Assembly (NCBI GenBank): GCA_965238075.1
Contig: OZ250173.1
Coordinates: 2,560,001-2,624,000 of the forward strand
Direction: 5' to 3'
Length of the DNA: 64,000 nt
Source: Candidatus Entotheonellaceae bacterium
GTDB lineage: Bacteria; Tectomicrobia; Entotheonellia; Entotheonellales; Entotheonellaceae
Shown: positions 9,673 through 18,604 of the stretch, in pieces
How the letters are laid out: the number at the start of each line of letters is the position of its first letter
Numbering within the stretch: position 1 is the first letter of the stretch
Position numbers and translations under genes: made by a program
The notes under the pieces: model-generated
Told to the model about the DNA's origin: nothing
Databases searched by the model: none
What the model saw: the letters and a program-made list of their open reading frames with translations, nothing else

Positions 9673-10339
9673 GGTGGCGCATCTTCAGCCGTTTGCACTT
9701 CCCCCCACATTTTATGGCCCTTCGGTATGCACAGCTGCCCAACATGCTGGAATTTACAGCAGCTTGACACCCTCCAAGCGTGCCGCCTGCCGATCGAAGG
9801 TGTCCAGCGGATGGGCGCCAGATCGTTCGGCCGCTGCCAGGATCATCAGGTCGAAAAATCCGGCCCTCGCCGTCCGATAGCGAAACGCCCCACGGGTCAC
9901 ACTTCCAGGAGAGCAACGAGACCGTCGCCCGGGCGGCGTGAACGACCTGTCGCCGTGCTGCGGAGACGCCGGGGCGGGGGAGGAGAAGCTCCCGAGCCCT
10001 TGAATACGCGTGCAGCCTGTTGACAGCCCTGACGCGCAGCGTGCCGCCAGCACCCGGGTGAGCAGTGTCTGGAAAGACGATCCGGATAGCCTGGTACCAA
10101 CCTCGGAAAGGGGGACTTATCGAACGAGGGAGCGGAAGTGCGCTTGACAATAGCTTTCGCTTTTGTATTTTATGGGAGTAGGCGATGATTGAATGAAAGA
10201 ATTAGTCTTCATGGTGATTGCAGCAGGTTTAAAATCTTTGCGCTTTAGTCGAATAAATGGTCAGTTTAGCGCAGACTGACGCTTGTACATTTTGTCGCGC
10301 AGCTGGAGTGTAGCTACCAACTGTTGGAGAGGGGCACCG

Positions 10340-13300
10340 ATGACGCAGCTTCGGGCGCGACGCCATGCTGGAAGGGCGGGACTCTCAGGACTGCTGAACA
10401 GAAGCAGTTCACGGCTTGGAGATATTCTCGCAGGACTGACGGCTTTAATGCTGATATTGGCCATCGCGGTCGTGTCTATCGCGGTGCTGCCGGGGGTCGC
10501 CCTCGCTGCGGCGCCTGCGACGCCGTCGTGGGCTACCGACCCGGTAGTAAGCGGCGACGGAACGATGACGCTCGACTGGAAAAGCGCCACCGGCGCGACG
10601 GGCTACCAGTATCGCTACACCAACTCCGTAGTCGGGTTTTTTGAGTGTACCGTCACCTGCGTTAGGTCCGATTGGGCTGCCACTGACGGCGGCCTCGATC
10701 ATGTCATCTCAAAGGGCACTCTAACCGTCGGCACCACCTACTGGTTCCAGGTCCGAGCGGTCAACACCAACGACGATCCGGAGACCTACAGCGATCCATC
10801 CGAGACCAGAAGCGCCAGGCAGCGCGCGACGCCCCCGGCGGTAAAAAACTTATCCGCAACCGCCGGTGACGCACAGGTCACGCTGACCTGGACCGATCTC
10901 GCCGCTTACGACATCGTAAACTATCAGTACATCCAGTCCTCTGACGACGGCAGCAGCTGGACAGATTGGGAGGTCTTGACCCACAGCGTAAACGGCGCTA
11001 CCGCCACTGGCACGGTGTTAGGTCTGTCCAATGGGACCACCTATTCTTTCCAGGTGCGCGGCACCAACCACGTCGCGGGTTCTACCCGTGAAGGGCCTGG
11101 TAGCGAAACCGTTTCCGCCACACCGAGCGGCCCGCCGGCCGCGCCGGCTGACCTGAGAGCCACGGCCCAAAACGGGTCGGTCCGGTTGCGCTGGAATGAG
11201 CCTAATGACGACGATATTGACAAGTACCAAATACGTCAGAAGGAAAAGCCGGTCGGCGCCGAGTACGGCGATTTCTCCAATTGGGCGGATATCCCCTCCA
11301 GCGACGCCGATACCACAGACCACACGGTGTCCTCCCTGACCAACGGCACCGAATACACCTTTGAGGTGCGGGCCGTCGACTCCGATCGGGCCGGACCGGC
11401 GTCCTCAGCCATTGCCATGCCGACCGGCGCGGCCAGGGCACCGTCACAGATGTCCAACGTGCGGTACACGGTTACCGGGGTGACCGACGGCTCTGGCGGA
11501 ACGGTGACGTTTATCTGGGACGACCCGGGTGAGGGGTTCGCCAATAGGTACGAATACCGCCACAAGTGCCAAAACCCCCAGGTAAGCTGCGACAACACGT
11601 TCACCACCGAGAGTTGGATCAACGCCGCTGACAGGTCATCGTCGGTAGTGGCAGATGACAGCTTTTCGATGACCATCCCCGGCAACAACTCCGTGGTGTA
11701 CTTCCAGTTGCGGGCCGTGAACGCCACGCCGAATCCGGATCTACCGGGCCCGGTAACTGCCGTGACGGTCAGTCGCTCCAACACGCCGGGCACGTCGACG
11801 CCGCCACCGGATGCGCCCACGGGTTTCAGCGCAGCCGCGGAATGGGACGACACCAACACCCAGTGGGACATAGTCCTCAGTTGGACCGATCCCAGCGATA
11901 CCGATATCGACAAGTACCAGTACCGCCAAAGCACTGATGGCGGTGGCAACTGGAACCCGGACTGGACAGACATCGATCCGAGTGATGCCAGCACCGTAAG
12001 GCATAGAATCAATGGCGTCACCGCCAGCACCACATATACCTTCCAAATCCGCGCGGTCGATACCGATCTGGGTGACAGAGGCGCCGGAGCTTTATCGAGA
12101 TCGGAGGCTACTACCCCAGGCGCTCCCAACGCCCCCACCCTCGACTCTGCAACCGCGACGGACGACACCACCACCGTCGATGTCAACGAGGCCGAAACTG
12201 AGATTGTGTTGTCCTGGACAGCCGGTGCAGGCATCACCGGCGTAGTGGTCGATGATTACGAATACCGTCAGTTCGTAAGCGGCGACGCGTCCTGGAGCGC
12301 GTGGAATTCCATCTCCGGGGACGGCAGTGAAACTACATATACAGTAACCAAGTTGGTTGCCAGTACAACCTACGACTTCCAGTTGCGGGCCAAGGCCGGC
12401 AGTCTCGCCAGCGACCCCTCTGAAACCGTCAGCGCCAAGACTGCGGTCCCGGCGGAGGGAGTTCCGCAGCCCGAGCCGCCCACGGGCTTGCGTGCTACCG
12501 CCGGTAATGAGCAGGTAACGCTCGATTGGGGCCACCCGAATCCAGGCGAAGTCAAATGGTACCGCTATCGGTTTGCCGAAGGCAACGATGCGTCCTCGGG
12601 CGAGTGGCAGCAGATACCCGGCACTGGTGCCACGATGACTTACACGGTGACCGGTCTTGAAAACGGCACCACCTACAACTTCCAGGTGCAGGCTGCTGGC
12701 GGCGGTGATGACAACGTGAGTGCGGCATCCGAAACCGCCACCGCCACCGCCACGCCGAGGCGACCGCGGGGCGGCGGATCGCTGCCACAACCCCCATCCG
12801 CTCCAGCGGGACTGACCGTGACGCCTGGCAACGGTCAGGCAACGCTTGCTTGGAACGATCCGCAGGACCCGAGCATCACCGGTTACGTATACACGCAGAC
12901 CCCGGGCGACCCGTCGGGGCATCGCATTGCAGTCCCGGCAGTCGTGGACGGCCGGATGACCCACACGGTTACCGGGCTCACCAACGGCGTCGAGTACGCT
13001 TTCCAGCTTCGGGCCGAGACTGCCGCGGGCCTTGGTGCGGCATTGGCGAGCGTCGCGGTGATGCCGATGGCGCCGCTCACCGTGAATTTTGCGCAAGCGG
13101 AGTACACGGTTGGCGAAGGGGACGAGACCAGCGTGGAAGTCCGGATATCCCCGGCAGCGGACCGCCGGGTGGTGGTGCCGCTGACGGTGACACATCAAGG
13201 CGGCGCGACGAGCAGGGACTACGACGAGATTCCCGCCTCCATCGTGTTTGAGGTAGGCGCCACCGCGGCCGCGGTGGCGGTGGCGGCGCTGGCGGATCAG

Positions 13301-14857
13301 GCGGACGATCCCGATGAGAGCATCGTTATTGGATTTGGGTCGCTGCCGGGGGTGGTGAGCGCCGGCGAGCCGTCAACCACGACCGTCAGGTTCCTGAATC
13401 GGCGCAGGACAGCGCAGTTCGAGGATTCGCTGGAGGTGATTCTGGAGGCGATGGCGCGCTCGAGGGCCGCGAGCGCTCAGACGGCGGTGGAGTCGCGCTT
13501 CGAGCGCTATCGCCAGTTGGGGCGGCTGAGGTCGTTCGCCGCCACTGCTTCCGGGGACGGGCCGTTCTCTGGTGAGGCCGAAGCCCACGCCCTCGCCAGG
13601 GCTGACGCCACCGCGGCGCCGGACCGGGCGTGGTCAGAGAGCCCATTGGCCAAGGGGCTTGATTTGCCCGGGCTCTCACAGGTTTCTTTTGAACTGCTGG
13701 GGAACCATGGTGAGCAGGGCCAAGGCGGCAAGTCCTGGATGCCGACGGTTTGGGGCCAAGGCGACCTGCAACACTTCAGCGACACCGTCACGGCCAAGGG
13801 ACTGGACTACCAGGGCAGACTGAGTGCCGCCCATATGGGTCTGGACCTTTATACCGGGGAGCACGTGTTGTTGGGCGTCTCCTACATGCATAGCTGGGGC
13901 GATGTGGACTACACCGCCGACGGGACGGATGGCGTCTTGGAGGATAGCCTGGACACGATTCACCCGTATCTGTACTGGCAGCCCAGTGAGCGCTTCAGCG
14001 TATGGGGCATGGGCGGCTGGGGCAGCGGTCAAGTCGAGGTCACGGAGTCGCAAGGGACGTACGACTTCGATGCTGACTTCCGGATGCTCTCGGGCGGACT
14101 GCGCTCGGTGCTCATCAAGGGGAGCCGCACGCAGTTGGGTCTGCGCGCGGATGCGTTCACGGCGAGTCTTGAGACCCAGGCCGCCCAGGGTATCCGTCGG
14201 GTAACGGGCACCGCCAACCGCGGTCGCCTGATGCTGGAACTGGTCCACGACAGGCCCCTGGCGGCGGGAAGATCGCTCAGCTTGAAGGTGGAAGCCGGCG
14301 GCCGCTTCGACCGCGGCGAGGCCGATGAGGGCGCGGGAGCGGAAACCGGCTTGCGGCTCGCGTTCCTGGATGCGGTCAGCGGCCTGGACCTGGCCCTGCA
14401 TGGACGGGTGCTGCTGGTGCACGAGTGGCAAGACTACCGCGACTGGGGATGGGGCGTACAGGTGAGTTGGGACCCGGGGCGGAAGCACCGGGGTCTACAT
14501 CTGTCGATGATGTCCTCGCAGGGGCATCATGTCGGCGGCAAGACGACGCTGTGGGACAACTCGGCTGCCATCACTCGTTCGCTGGACACGAATTACTTGG
14601 CTGCCGCTTCTCAGACCCTCATGGACGGCGAGGTGGCCTACGGCTTCGACACGCGCGGCGGTGGGCTGCTGACGCCCTACAGCCGTATGCGGTGGGCTGG
14701 GCAGAGCCGCGAGTTGCGCTTGGGTACCCGGTATAGCCTGCCTAGCCGCTCGATTCTGGGCAGGTCCTTGGCGCTCGGTTTGGAAGGCATGAGGCGGGAA
14801 AACTTAACGGATCTAGACAATCCGGAGTTTGCGCTCCAATTGTATCTCTCCTTATGA
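10340..14857 (+). CDS. Large surface protein: signal peptide, ~8 fibronectin type III repeats, Calx-beta-like domain, autotransporter-like beta-barrel
   Basis: Repeated P..P..L.AT.G...VTL.W ... Y.FQVRA units; TVNFAQAEYTVGEG; C-terminal beta-strand region (VWGQGD, HPYLYW, LTPYSR). Confidence 0.85.
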   Translation: MTQLRARRHAGRAGLSGLLNRSSSRLGDILAGLTALMLILAIAVVSIAVLPGVALAAAPATPSWATDPVVSGDGTMTLDWKSATGATGYQYRYTNSVVGFFECTVTCVRSDWAATDGGLDHVISKGTLTVGTTYWFQVRAVNTNDDPETYSDPSETRSARQRATPPAVKNLSATAGDAQVTLTWTDLAAYDIVNYQYIQSSDDGSSWTDWEVLTHSVNGATATGTVLGLSNGTTYSFQVRGTNHVAGSTREGPGSETVSATPSGPPAAPADLRATAQNGSVRLRWNEPNDDDIDKYQIRQKEKPVGAEYGDFSNWADIPSSDADTTDHTVSSLTNGTEYTFEVRAVDSDRAGPASSAIAMPTGAARAPSQMSNVRYTVTGVTDGSGGTVTFIWDDPGEGFANRYEYRHKCQNPQVSCDNTFTTESWINAADRSSSVVADDSFSMTIPGNNSVVYFQLRAVNATPNPDLPGPVTAVTVSRSNTPGTSTPPPDAPTGFSAAAEWDDTNTQWDIVLSWTDPSDTDIDKYQYRQSTDGGGNWNPDWTDIDPSDASTVRHRINGVTASTTYTFQIRAVDTDLGDRGAGALSRSEATTPGAPNAPTLDSATATDDTTTVDVNEAETEIVLSWTAGAGITGVVVDDYEYRQFVSGDASWSAWNSISGDGSETTYTVTKLVASTTYDFQLRAKAGSLASDPSETVSAKTAVPAEGVPQPEPPTGLRATAGNEQVTLDWGHPNPGEVKWYRYRFAEGNDASSGEWQQIPGTGATMTYTVTGLENGTTYNFQVQAAGGGDDNVSAASETATATATPRRPRGGGSLPQPPSAPAGLTVTPGNGQATLAWNDPQDPSITGYVYTQTPGDPSGHRIAVPAVVDGRMTHTVTGLTNGVEYAFQLRAETAAGLGAALASVAVMPMAPLTVNFAQAEYTVGEGDETSVEVRISPAADRRVVVPLTVTHQGGATSRDYDEIPASIVFEVGATAAAVAVAALADQADDPDESIVIGFGSLPGVVSAGEPSTTTVRFLNRRRTAQFEDSLEVILEAMARSRAASAQTAVESRFERYRQLGRLRSFAATASGDGPFSGEAEAHALARADATAAPDRAWSESPLAKGLDLPGLSQVSFELLGNHGEQGQGGKSWMPTVWGQGDLQHFSDTVTAKGLDYQGRLSAAHMGLDLYTGEHVLLGVSYMHSWGDVDYTADGTDGVLEDSLDTIHPYLYWQPSERFSVWGMGGWGSGQVEVTESQGTYDFDADFRMLSGGLRSVLIKGSRTQLGLRADAFTASLETQAAQGIRRVTGTANRGRLMLELVHDRPLAAGRSLSLKVEAGGRFDRGEADEGAGAETGLRLAFLDAVSGLDLALHGRVLLVHEWQDYRDWGWGVQVSWDPGRKHRGLHLSMMSSQGHHVGGKTTLWDNSAAITRSLDTNYLAAASQTLMDGEVAYGFDTRGGGLLTPYSRMRWAGQSRELRLGTRYSLPSRSILGRSLALGLEGMRRENLTDLDNPEFALQLYLSL

Positions 14858-15166
14858 GGCCCTCGGCCTAGCCGGTCGCGCGCCGTTCCGTTGGCCGCGA
14901 CCGGCAGGCCGGAAGATTCAAGACGCTTCCTTCCTACGTCCCACCCCCAGAACCGCCGGTAGCCCGTTTCATCCGCTCCAATTGCCGTTAGGACTGGCAC
15001 GTTCTGAGTCTTGCCGTCCCACCGCGCCTGAGCGCCATGCCGTCCGGCTCCACGCATCCCCCTTGATCGCCTGGTTCCGCCCAGCCCGTGTTGATACCCG
15101 TCAACGCTCCAGCAACTCCGACAGTTTCACCTGTTCTGCATCGGCTCCCCGGTGCAGAACCACCCC

Positions 15167-15217
15167 GAAGGCGGGAAAGACGCCTTTGAGACGAGATATC
15201 TCAAGTACGGCTTCTGA
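15167..15217 (+). pseudogene. 3'-terminal remnant of the PHP-ATPase gene
   Basis: EGGKDAFETRYLKYGF* matches EGGKDAFETRRLKYGF* at 32267-32317. Confidence 0.85.
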
Positions 15218-15242
15218 GGGCAGCCCTGAAGGAGGAAGAACC

Positions 15243-15790
15243 ACGTGCGGTCGCTTTACCCGGCGACTGACCCAGGGCGAGACGCACACCCTGTACGGCC
15301 CGACGGAACCGGCGCTGCCGCGTCATGACCAGGCTGCGTTGGGGGGCTGGTGCCGTTTTGGGCGAAGGATGTCAGGATGGGTGCGCGGTTGATCAATGCG
15401 AGGGCGGAGACGGTGAGCGATAAGCCAGCGTACCGGGCGGGGCAAACAGCCCTGGTTTGTCGCCTTGGCGGACGGCGCACCGGTGTTGTTCGCGGCGTTG
15501 TGGGAACGCTGGGACAAGGACGGAGAATCTCTGGAGTCCTTAACCATCGTCAACGACGGCGGCCGCGCCGCAGCTTGCCGACATCCATGACCGGCAGCCG
15601 GCGATCATCGATCCCGACCGGCTTGACGACTGACTCGATCCGGACTCGCCGGTACCGCGACTCCTCAAGTTGGTGCGCGAGCCCCACCGCCGGCCCTTAC
15701 GAGACGCGGCCCGTCAGCACCAGGGAGAACAGTGTCCGGAACGACGATCCGGATATCCTGGTCCCGATGTCAGAGAGGAGGCTCTTTTGA
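15243..15790 (+). pseudogene. Degenerate SRAP (SOS response-associated peptidase) copy
   Basis: Colinear with 32333-33040, but ATG is mutated to ACG and there are internal deletions and frameshifts. Confidence 0.88.
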
Positions 15791-16027
15791 GCGAGGCGGC
15801 GGAAATGTGCTTGACGACGCTTCCGTCACGAAATCTCGCAGTGCCAATTCTCCGATTCTGCGTTTTATATCTCGCGTTGTTTAACAGCCCTTTTCGCCTT
15901 GGCCCCCGAAATCGACATTTCCCAACTCGCCTCGGTAGGTATCCACCCGAAGCCGGGCCACGGGGTCCGGCTGATCACCAGACAGCCGCAGCACGGAGCC
16001 CGTTGTGGATGCCTTTGTTACGAGTCG

Positions 16028-16612
16028 TCATAGCTTTCGAGCCTCTTCCCATAGACGTTCTTTACCCACGGATTGATACCATTTCTCAAAGTCCGAGCGG
16101 TACTGCTGCCAAGGCTCAGAGAGATTCTCCCTGGGATCTTGGCCCAGCGAGTACGCCATTCCTTCCTCAAACCAAGTGGGGCTGCGCCACTGCTTTAAAA
16201 CGCCCAGCCGTTCGGCCTGTAAATGATGGATCATCTCATGACGAATATAGTAGTTTTTCCACCCGTGTGGACCAATAACAATGCCAGATATGCCTACGGT
16301 GTTCGCGGCCGCTCTGCTAAATCCAAAAGATTGAAAACAGGCTTTCGAATCGCAGAAGATTATGCGAGGCTTCTTTTCGATGGCGTCAACCAATGAGTTC
16401 ACAAATCCATAAGCTTCGTCATACAACCTCGCTGCTTCCTCATAGCGCGACCCATTGTCCGTGCAAATAACTTCACTGACACACGACACGCCATTCAGTT
16501 CAGGTGCAAGAACTCGTGTCGGTTTGTAAAACGCCCAGGCAGCCACTGGGGCGCAGAATAAGCAGATAAGCAGAAGACGTTTCAGTATATGATGGTCTAG
16601 CCGCACAACCAT
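16028..16612 (-). CDS. Exported HExxH zinc-peptidase-like protein
   Basis: Hydrophobic N-terminus; IRHEMIH...WFEEGMAY gluzincin-like motif; lower GC than flanks. Confidence 0.7.
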   Translation of the reverse strand: MVVRLDHHILKRLLLICLFCAPVAAWAFYKPTRVLAPELNGVSCVSEVICTDNGSRYEEAARLYDEAYGFVNSLVDAIEKKPRIIFCDSKACFQSFGFSRAAANTVGISGIVIGPHGWKNYYIRHEMIHHLQAERLGVLKQWRSPTWFEEGMAYSLGQDPRENLSEPWQQYRSDFEKWYQSVGKERLWEEARKL

Positions 16613-16821
16613 TGGTTGTTCTTTTGGCCTAGTTGACCTAAGCCTGTCCTGTTCCTACCGAGACGCTGGAATCTAAATCACACCCCTGTCTTATCGGTCA
16701 TGCAAGTGACTCGATCACGCCTTTTCCGTCCTTGACGAACGGTCGGAATTCCCTTTATCTATCGGAAAAGAAGTTCGAATACAAGAATGCCGCTGCGCGC
16801 TGGTTTCTCAGGAGAGATGAC

Positions 16822-18006
16822 ATGAACGCCACCATGACGACATTATTGCAGCCAGCCGGCGCGGTGTTTCATCGTTGCGCCCTGCAAGTGAATCCGCACC
16901 CCGACGGCGATGCGCCGTCCCATGCCGCGGCGGTTGTAGCCAAGGCCGTCGAGCTTGGCGTGTCCGTGCTTGCCGTTAACGGACCCAGCGGTGTGGCGGT
17001 GTTCCGCACCGCGGCCGCGGGTCAGGGTATCATCCTATTTCCGGGATTTGAGTTGACGTCCGCCGAGGATATTCATGTCCTGTGCATCTACCCACCAGAC
17101 ACCGACGAGGGCCAACTCGAACAGTTCCTCGGCCAGCTCGGAGTTGACCGTTTCGCGTCTTCCGCCGACCCGTCGAGCGTATCGTTCGAGAACGTGCTGA
17201 CGAGGGTTCGCGTACAGGGCGGTGTCGCGATTGCCGCACATGCGGCGCCCGACGGCGGCCTGTTCGACGGCCTGTCGCCCCAGGCGTGGCGCACCGAGGA
17301 CCTGCTCGCCGTCCGCATTCCGGGACCCGTCGAGGAACTTCCTGAAGATGTGCGTCGCATCCTTGAGAACCGGAGCGCGGACTACCGGCGCGTTCATCCC
17401 GCGGGTGACAAGCAGGCGGTGGCCGTGATCAACGCAAAGGACGTTACGACCGCTGCGGACCTCGAACACCCCGCCGCCACCTGCCGCATCAAGATGTCCA
17501 CGGTGAGCATCGAGGGCTTGCGGCAGGCGTTTCTGGACCCGGACTCGCGCATCCGCCTCAATCGCCAGGACGGCGAATCGGAGGCCGAGGCGCACACCGA
17601 GTTGATGAGCCTTGCGTGGGAGGGGGGCTTTCTGGACGGCGCCAGCATCTCGCTGAACCCGAACCTCAACGTCCTGGTCGGCGGCCACGGCGCCGGCAAG
17701 TCAACGATTATCGAAAGCCTGCGCTACGTGCTGGCCTTGGACCCCGTCGGCGAAGAGGCGGGCAAGGCCCATCAAGGCATCGTGCGCCACGTGCTGCGCA
17801 GCGGCACCAAGGTCTCGCTGCGGGTGCGCTGCTATCGCCCGGCGACGCGCGAGTATTTGATCGAGCGCACCGTTCCCAACCCGCCCGTGATTCGCGATGA
17901 AAACGGCCTGGTCTCCAGCCTGCTGCCCAGGGACATCGACCGCATGACGAGCATGGAATCGCTGACCTTCACGGAAGAATTCATCAAGTACGGGATGGGC
18001 GAGTAG
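16822..18006 (+). pseudogene. Truncated PHP-ATPase 5' copy fused in frame to the last 22 codons of def
   Basis: ~16716-17937 nearly identical to ~29554-30790; after ..LLPRDI it continues DRMTSMESLTFTEEFIKYGMGE, the Def C-terminus. Confidence 0.88.
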
Positions 18007-18538
18007 GGACCCCGGCCGACGGCTGGGGCGGGTCGCCGCGCAGCCGGTCGAGGGCCCAGGCGGCGTGCTCGTGTATGAGCGGTTCGTCGTCCTGTAGCAG
18101 GTCTTCAAGCACCGGAATGAAGGCGCGATTGCCGGAATTGCCCATCGCCACGCAGATATTGCGCAGCAGGCCGCGCCGCTTGGGGCGTTCGAGAGCGGTG
18201 CCGCGGAAGCGTTGCCGGAAGGTTTCGGGGGTCAGGCGGGCCAGTTCTTCGAGGTCCGGATGGACGTGCTGCGGGCGGGGTTGCAGGCCGGGCTCGGCGC
18301 TGAAATGGCGTTTGCGGTTCCAGGGGCAGACGTCCTGGCAGCGGGTGCAGGTGCCGCAATGGTCGGGCATTGGGTGGTCGATGTCCAGCGGCACCGTCAG
18401 AACGAGGACGCCGAGGAGCAGCCAGCAGCCGAGCCGCTTGTTGAGCAGGCAGGCGTTCTTGCCGAACCAGCCGAGGCCGGCGTATTTTGCATACACCCGC
18501 TCGACCACCGGCCCGGTGTCCACGTACAACTTGCTGGC
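17984..18538 (-). pseudogene. queG: 5'-truncated, internally deleted second copy of queG
   Basis: Colinear with 8327-9030 with many substitutions and a 150-bp deletion. Confidence 0.9.
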
Positions 18539-18604
18539 TGCCCTGGTGACAGGTCAGGGGTTTCGTCCATTTGCCGACGCCTCGGAATCAATGAGGAATA
18601 AAAA

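Noticed and set aside
9629-10150. Integrase or protein gene right after the tRNA
   Set aside because: ORFs there have no recognisable motifs, RBS or codon bias; no tyrosine or serine recombinase signature.
16732-18006. Functional novel PHP-ATPase/deformylase fusion
   Set aside because: Lacks Walker B and signature, and has only 22 Def residues with no catalytic motifs; a rearrangement scar.
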